Shown: piece by piece, positions 56,814 to 62,365 of the stretch | Layout: every line of letters starts with the position of its first letter | Position numbering within the stretch: position 1 is the stretch's first letter | IMG/VR virus record: IMGVR_UViG_3300018868_000006 | Location: 1-62,365 of that record | From: a virus | Lineage: Duplodnaviria; Caudoviricetes | Length of the DNA: 62,365 nucleotides | Strand: one strand, 5' to 3' | Position numbers and translations under genes: made by a program | The notes under the pieces: model-generated | What the model was told of the DNA's origin: nothing | Database searches by the model: none | What the model saw: only the letters and a program-made list of their open reading frames with translations

Positions 56814-57212
56814 TCATACATCCCACCCCGTGACCTTGATGTCCATTAGCTCATCCATCTGTTCGGTGGTTGGCACGTTGTCCACCCACACCACGAGATC
56901 TTGTATCTCCTGGACAGAGGATTGAGGGGAGATTGTTTGCCCCTCGTTCCCGGTGCCTACCACTAGGGTTCGTCCAACCAGATGCGATTGGCTTGCACCC
57001 TTGAGGGTATAGCAACCAGCCAGTTCCATATAGTGGTCGCCCTTCAGCAATCCTTCGTCGTCGCATAGAGCAACGTCTTCACCCCGTATGCCGAAGGAAG
57101 TGATGCAGCTACACCCAAGCAGGGCGTAGATTTCTTCGAGATCAAAGCCAGTCGTAGAGGTGTACTCGGTAACTGTCTTGGCTCTCGGGTCAATTAAGAT
57201 TCCTTTAACCAT
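56814..57212 (-). CDS. DUF3846-like protein
   Basis: ILIDP, LEEIY.LLGC, DDEGLL, G..LVVG...G.T. Confidence 0.7.
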   Translation of the reverse strand: MVKGILIDPRAKTVTEYTSTTGFDLEEIYALLGCSCITSFGIRGEDVALCDDEGLLKGDHYMELAGCYTLKGASQSHLVGRTLVVGTGNEGQTISPQSSVQEIQDLVVWVDNVPTTEQMDELMDIKVTGWDV

Positions 57213-57227
57213 ATTAGTATTCTCCTT

Positions 57228-57551
57228 TCATTCCGTATGTTTCTTGATGTCTGCCTTGAGGGCACGATACGCCACGATAACGTCGTGTAGTTTCTTCTCT
57301 TGATCGTGAACAATAGACAAAAGTTTGAATGTGGCGTTTATGTTGTGCCATAATTTACTTGCCACACGATCACTGCTTATGATGTCCATCCCACCCATAC
57401 CCTCGTTGTATTGTTGCCACTTGTTACAATCTTCATCATACATCCAACCAGTAATCAGGTGAACTAGACTGGATAAACCAGATGCCGTTTCGGGGTCATG
57501 CTGTTCTTCTGCCAGCTTAACAATTCGTAGTGCTGTTTCTTTTGTGAGCAT
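57228..57551 (-). CDS. Hypothetical protein
   Basis: SD AAAGGAG. Confidence 0.6.
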   Translation of the reverse strand: MLTKETALRIVKLAEEQHDPETASGLSSLVHLITGWMYDEDCNKWQQYNEGMGGMDIISSDRVASKLWHNINATFKLLSIVHDQEKKLHDVIVAYRALKADIKKHTE

Positions 57552-58015
57552 TAGTATTCTCCTTTCACCCCGTATGCACTTCGCATTGGGTTGGTTTCTT
57601 GTATGTCCTCGGCAAACGTGTGGCGTTTGTCGTTAACTAAATCGTGTTGGTCGACTGACATAGACTGGTAGTCCCGACTTTCTTCGGGAAGTTTCTGCGT
57701 CTTGCCCATCCAGACTTGTGGTTGGATGTGGCAAAACCAGTCTTGCATACTTGGGATTCTCCCAAGGTCTTCCGATACGTGTTGCTCTGCCACCCATCGT
57801 GTCGGAACTTTGCGTCCGTCACTATTGGTGATCGTATGACCGAAGATTCTCTCTGCCATAAAGCAACCCTCGGCGTGATGCCGTAGTGCCCTATGCCGGA
57901 AGTCGGCCATCATCATCTTGCTCTCGTCGAACCAATCGTGGATGGCTTGGTAATCCTCTGCCTTGCCACCCCATTTCTTTGCCGAGCTGACTGCGTGGTG
58001 GTAGGGGTTAGCCAT
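57551..58015 (-). CDS. DUF6915-like His-rich protein
   Basis: PYHHAVSSAKKWGG...IHDWFDESK...HRALRHH..G...EQHV.EDLG. Confidence 0.8.
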   Translation of the reverse strand: MANPYHHAVSSAKKWGGKAEDYQAIHDWFDESKMMMADFRHRALRHHAEGCFMAERIFGHTITNSDGRKVPTRWVAEQHVSEDLGRIPSMQDWFCHIQPQVWMGKTQKLPEESRDYQSMSVDQHDLVNDKRHTFAEDIQETNPMRSAYGVKGEY

Positions 58016-58521
58016 TAGTAGGTCTCTTCGGTTGTCTCTACGGACTCAACCCGTTGGTTGAAGGTGAGGTCAATCTTGTTGCCTTTGCCGAACTTGAATA
58101 CGAATTCTCCGTATGAACCTTCGTTGATCTCCCAACCTCCGTGGTTAGCCCCAAGTAAGTCGTAACAAATCTGTTCGACTAACTCCTCGATGTTCGGGGA
58201 TTTAGTAGTGGTGACCCACTCCTTCTTGGTTTCACAATAAGTTGTTGAGTCGTTTATACTTGCATCTGCAACTATAAGTTTCTTAATCATGTCTACATTA
58301 TTGATCCGTTGCTTACCCGCAAAGTAACGCACCTCATCTATCTGACCCGAATCTCCGCTACCAGAGAACTCTGCTTCAATTCGGGTGATTCTGAGTAGCT
58401 TAACAGCTGTGGCTAGTGCGGCTTTGTTCAGCTCTGCACTAGTGGCTCTCTTCTTTCTGTCCTTCGCCATCTGCTCCATAATACTTTTCATATCTATTCC
58501 TAATTCTTTATCTTTGCTCAT
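58015..58521 (-). CDS. DUF6878-like protein
   Basis: FSGSGDSGQI...GWEINEGSYG; SD before MSKDKE. Confidence 0.75.
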   Translation of the reverse strand: MSKDKELGIDMKSIMEQMAKDRKKRATSAELNKAALATAVKLLRITRIEAEFSGSGDSGQIDEVRYFAGKQRINNVDMIKKLIVADASINDSTTYCETKKEWVTTTKSPNIEELVEQICYDLLGANHGGWEINEGSYGEFVFKFGKGNKIDLTFNQRVESVETTEETY

Positions 58522-58546
58522 TGTTGTTTCTCCTTTTCTTTCTTGG

Positions 58547-59902
58547 TTAGTAACCGCAAGAAACTTCACCGATGAGAAGGGGACCGCTCTGGGCTTGTCC
58601 TTGTGCAACCTTCTTGAGATACGAAACCGCATCTCCAATGTGTCGGTGCATAATGGCCTTGGCCTTGATGGCCAACACCCTTGCCTCTGCTGTTAGATGT
58701 GAGTAGGTGCTGTCTGTTCTGCCGTCGGTGACTTGTCCGTCGCATACCCATAGGAGTGGCTCGTTCTGGAAACGCTTGGACTTGATTGCCCAGCGTAAGG
58801 CTGGTCCGTCAACGCCGTTACCATAGCCGTGACGTGTGGGTAATTTGTCTACCATCTTGCCGTCCTTGGCTAGTACCCAGAAGTTGGGAACGTTCTTGCT
58901 CCCTTCCTTGTGGGCATAGAGGGCGACAGTAGCTCCAGGTGCTGCGTTAAGTATCTCTAGGATGTCCTCACTCCGAACGCTCATTGAACCCGAGCCGTCG
59001 ATCAACACGACACCGCCTGAGTTACGCTTCGTCCGATCAAAGATCCGACGATACGGGTCAGTCAGCATCCGATGGATACGGCGAGGGTTGCGCCCCGTAG
59101 GAGAGGCCAGCTTGACCTTGCCTAGGTTGCCGTTGTGTAACCGAGTCAAGGGTGCTGGGCCTTGGCAAAGGTCACCGAACTTGGCGTTCATATCTGCACT
59201 CAAGTGCTCATCATTACGTTTCTTGAAGGACGGAATAGTGCCTGTCTCTTCAGCCAAGGCAGCACATTTGTCCAACAACATTGCGATCCTCTCGGTCACG
59301 GCAAAGCCACGATTGAGAAGCTTGTTACGACTGCCCGGTATGGGTTTGTCGGAAGCAAGTTCGGAGCTATGCGTATCGAGAATCTCACCAATCGAGTCAG
59401 CAAGATTCTCGATCGACTCCAACATACTGGAGTCACCAAGTTCATCACACGCCTTGTCGATGCCCTTGAGCCAAGAGTCCCAACTGGCAGTACCATAAAC
59501 GGCAGACGTGCAATAAACTAGGCGTTTCATATCCTTAGCTTTCGCACAGGTGTATGCGTTGTTGCCGTCGTTGATATCTAGCAGATGGGTCTCGGGTTCG
59601 AAGTTGAGCTTCGACAAGACACGATTGATACGTGCTTCCTCGGCCGCAATCAGAGAATCAAAGGAAGCTTTGCCTCGTTTGATCCAAGGCTTCAGATCGG
59701 GTGGACTCAACCGAACGTGCATCAACTCGTGTGCTCGTATGTGTCGAGCTGTCTCGTCGTTGTCCAAGGGGACGTGCATTGTATTGGTTGCGATGCTTGT
59801 CTTGGGTGCACCACGAATGCCAGCACATCGGATGATGTCCCAACGTTCGTTAGCACCACGCTCACCGCCCATCTGGCGGATAAACTCTGGATATACTCTC
59901 AT
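58547..59902 (-). CDS. Metallopeptidase-motif plus VWA domain protein
   Basis: HELMH...EEARIN; MIDAS IDGSGSM, G.G.D, CDG. Confidence 0.8.
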   Translation of the reverse strand: MRVYPEFIRQMGGERGANERWDIIRCAGIRGAPKTSIATNTMHVPLDNDETARHIRAHELMHVRLSPPDLKPWIKRGKASFDSLIAAEEARINRVLSKLNFEPETHLLDINDGNNAYTCAKAKDMKRLVYCTSAVYGTASWDSWLKGIDKACDELGDSSMLESIENLADSIGEILDTHSSELASDKPIPGSRNKLLNRGFAVTERIAMLLDKCAALAEETGTIPSFKKRNDEHLSADMNAKFGDLCQGPAPLTRLHNGNLGKVKLASPTGRNPRRIHRMLTDPYRRIFDRTKRNSGGVVLIDGSGSMSVRSEDILEILNAAPGATVALYAHKEGSKNVPNFWVLAKDGKMVDKLPTRHGYGNGVDGPALRWAIKSKRFQNEPLLWVCDGQVTDGRTDSTYSHLTAEARVLAIKAKAIMHRHIGDAVSYLKKVAQGQAQSGPLLIGEVSCGY

Positions 59903-59937
59903 TGATTCTCCTTTCTGTGAGGGTTAAAGGTTGCGGG

Positions 59938-60672
59938 TTAGTCGTTGCTCGGGGTGAGGGTGTCGACCTTGATGGCGTCGAGGAACTCACGAGCCGAGCC
60001 AGCAAACAACAAGTTCGCTGCACGTTCTGCACCTACCGACTTGCGGAGGTTGTCGAACGCATAGAAGGAACGAAGGTCAATACGACGATCGCCCAAGTCA
60101 GCGGCACGTTCGGCGTAAGCCCGAAGGTCAGACGACAAGCGGTTCAATGCTGTGACGTGTGGCTTGTTGACTCGAACACGGATAGGGAAGCGGGAACGAA
60201 TCGCCTCGGGCAAGTCGGTCAACTCCTCAAGGTTCGTCGTCATCACAACGCTGAAGCCTTTCTTAGGAGTTTCGGTCTCACCAGTCTGGGGATTCTCCCA
60301 CTTGCAGGATTCCGGGGAGTCGGTCATAGCAAGCAACGTGGCGAACACGTCACCGCCAGCCTTGTCGATCTCGTCGACAATCAAGCGACCACCTGAACGC
60401 CAAGCCTTAACAGCCTGACCCTCGTGCCAAGAGAAAGTACCTTTCTCGTTGGGCATCCAAGCACCAGTCACATCAGCGTTGGTCATATCTGGGGTGCAGA
60501 TAAGACGGAACGTCGGACGTTCTTGCGTTGCCATTGTCAGACCAGCGTAGGTCTTGCCAGTTCCAGGAGGTCCGTAAAGAACAAGGCGATCTACGCCAGC
60601 GTTCAATGCGTCCTCGATGTCTTTCCAGCAGTCGGTTGTTGTTGATTTCGTTTTGGTTTTTGGTGTAGGCAT
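59938..60672 (-). CDS. MoxR/CbbQ-type AAA+ ATPase
   Basis: GPPGTGKT, LIVDEID, TTN, EAIRSRF. Confidence 0.92.
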   Translation of the reverse strand: MPTPKTKTKSTTTDCWKDIEDALNAGVDRLVLYGPPGTGKTYAGLTMATQERPTFRLICTPDMTNADVTGAWMPNEKGTFSWHEGQAVKAWRSGGRLIVDEIDKAGGDVFATLLAMTDSPESCKWENPQTGETETPKKGFSVVMTTNLEELTDLPEAIRSRFPIRVRVNKPHVTALNRLSSDLRAYAERAADLGDRRIDLRSFYAFDNLRKSVGAERAANLLFAGSAREFLDAIKVDTLTPSND

Positions 60673-60702
60673 TGTGGGTTTCTCCTTTGTGGGTTGTGGG
60701 TT

Positions 60703-61113
60703 TTACTGAGCTTGGTTGTTCTTGGTGTCTTGCTCGGACTTTCTTTTCCGATTCTCAAGAATGGTTTCTTTGATCTTGTCTCTGACTTCTTGCAATTCCT
60801 TGGGCATATCCATAGCGAATCCGCTATTGGCAAAGTCGTGGTCAGGAATGCAGGCCGTGGATGATGTGCAAAGCATCATCACGATTTGGGAGAACATCTC
60901 GTCGTTGCACTTGGCAATCAAACCAAGGGCAGACAAAGAGGCTTTCACCCTCTCGCAAGTCTTGGTTTCTTCGCCACCAGTTACCTTGGCGGCAATCATC
61001 CCAAGCATCTTCAAGAGATCGACGTCTGCTTTCTCTGCGGTAGTTCGAATGCTGATGCACTCGACGCCCGATGTGGCTTTCTCTTCACTCGTACCAATAT
61101 TGATTCTGCTCAT
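60703..61113 (-). CDS. Hypothetical protein
   Basis: SD AAGGAG; TTGACA upstream on minus strand (61171-61176). Confidence 0.6.
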   Translation of the reverse strand: MSRINIGTSEEKATSGVECISIRTTAEKADVDLLKMLGMIAAKVTGGEETKTCERVKASLSALGLIAKCNDEMFSQIVMMLCTSSTACIPDHDFANSGFAMDMPKELQEVRDKIKETILENRKRKSEQDTKNNQAQ

Positions 61114-61194
61114 AGTTGTTTCTCCTTATGGGTTGTCTTGACACGCAGCATCCCTGACTGAACAAGGATCTGTCAAGAATACATTCTTAGTTAT

Positions 61195-61452
61195 TCAAAC
61201 TGCTCGGCCGCCAGCGAACAGCACGTTCCGCAAGGTGGAACGCTGACCAATACGTCTGGAGTACCTACGCAAATCCACAAAGGTATCAGGTGCCATCAGC
61301 TCGATGGTTGCTCCTGTCTTGTGGGCGTACACCATCGCACCTTTGTATTTGGGTGTCGGGTGGCGGGTTGCACAAGCAAAGCAGTAGACAAGACCTAGGT
61401 CTCGTCGTGCTTTCTCGGTCGGCTTGTCACAACAAGGGCAGACGTCACTCAT
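61195..61452 (-). CDS. C4 zinc-finger protein
   Basis: CPCC...R..LG..YCFAC...HKTG. Confidence 0.7.
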   Translation of the reverse strand: MSDVCPCCDKPTEKARRDLGLVYCFACATRHPTPKYKGAMVYAHKTGATIELMAPDTFVDLRRYSRRIGQRSTLRNVLFAGGRAV

Positions 61453-61582
61453 ACTGAAACCTTTCGTACTCTGGCCTTGTCGTCCCACTCCCAGCCTTCT
61501 GCGACTAGGAAGTGGAACGCCTTGTTAAGGTTTCTGAACCTTTTGATAACTCTGAATCCCTTGATAACATTATTCCAATAGA

Positions 61583-61786
61583 TCACTTCAAACATATAAC
61601 CTCCTCATAGGGTTCGAAGATGCGTTGAGTCTCACGAGTAATGCGACTCACGATCTTGTTGAGTTTCTCGTTCTCTTGTTCGAGGAATAGATTCCTCTCC
61701 CGGAGAGAATCAATCTGAAGGAAGGCATCCCGTAGTTGGTACTCGGGGATGACTGGCAATGGCTGAACGAGTCGTAGGTGTGCCAT
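61583..61786 (-). CDS. Coiled-coil hypothetical protein
   Basis: 67 aa ORF. Confidence 0.55.
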   Translation of the reverse strand: MAHLRLVQPLPVIPEYQLRDAFLQIDSLRERNLFLEQENEKLNKIVSRITRETQRIFEPYEEVICLK

Positions 61787-61789
61787 ACA

Positions 61790-62029
61790 TCAGCCTTTCA
61801 AGGGGACGTATGTTCCGTCAGCCGCCATCAGTGCCATCTTGGAAGCGTCGGGGAAGTTCGAGATGATCTTCGCCCAATGCAATACTTCCTCACGGCAATC
61901 ACCGATGTACTTGTGACGGAGGCCAGACACGGCTCGTCCGTTTCGCAATACAATCCAATCGGTCTTGGGTTGTAGGCGGTTCAGTGTTCTGCGTAGGTTT
62001 TCGTTGTCTCTCCATTGTCCTAGTTTCAT
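61790..62029 (-). CDS. Hypothetical protein
   Basis: SD AAGGAG; first gene of minus arm. Confidence 0.55.
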   Translation of the reverse strand: MKLGQWRDNENLRRTLNRLQPKTDWIVLRNGRAVSGLRHKYIGDCREEVLHWAKIISNFPDASKMALMAADGTYVPLKG

Positions 62030-62069
62030 ATGTCTTGACTCCTTATTGTCCTTCTGTTATAAGTAGCCA

Positions 62070-62365
62070 ATGCCGAAGGACTTGGGCATTGACTGGAAGT
62101 TGATCGAGGCTGACTACTTAAGAGGTACTCGGCCTGTTGAAATCGCTGCTCTGTACAACATCAAGCAGTCCACTCTGGACGCTAAGATTCGTAGGAAGGG
62201 TTGGGCTACAAAGAGACTTGCATTAAGGGAGTCTCTTCAAGCCCGTCAGACTCAAAACACTATGCAAACGCTCTCAAATAAAGCGTCTGGATATCTTGAA
62301 AGGGTTGTAAAACAAGTCGACCGAGGGTTGGACGTGTTGGAAGCTCAACAACCCGCCACGACCAA
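62070..62365 (+). CDS. Terminase small subunit-like HTH protein (partial)
   Basis: MPKDLGIDWKLIEADY...EIAALYNIKQSTL..KIRRKGW. Confidence 0.65.
   Translation, partial: MPKDLGIDWKLIEADYLRGTRPVEIAALYNIKQSTLDAKIRRKGWATKRLALRESLQARQTQNTMQTLSNKASGYLERVVKQVDRGLDVLEAQQPATT

Overview
This window is a large part of a temperate, podovirus-like dsDNA phage genome; genes are cut at both edges and no replication polymerase or helicase is present. From left to right it holds: a RuvC-like resolvase (partial), an excisionase-like HTH, an RHH regulator, a tyrosine integrase and a tRNA-like att core; a + strand morphogenesis arm (terminase large subunit split by one in-frame TGA, portal, scaffold, major capsid, lysis cassette, tail and several fibre/adhesin cassettes, ejection proteins and a 3481-aa polyvalent protein); and a - strand arm of small early genes (C5 methyltransferase with a nested alternative-frame ORF, Gp88, AAA+/VWA pair). 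The most striking element is an intergenic group I ribozyme core (about 11360-11577), just upstream of the capsid gene. It interrupts no gene, and its best P1/P2 candidates lie 3' of the catalytic core, which suggests natural circular permutation. Other candidates are a structured capsid leader, a 172-nt multi-branch ncRNA, a sigma-factor-like segment in the giant protein and a recurrent TTGAC-N8-GTCAA dyad. All calls come from reading motifs by eye; no searches were run.
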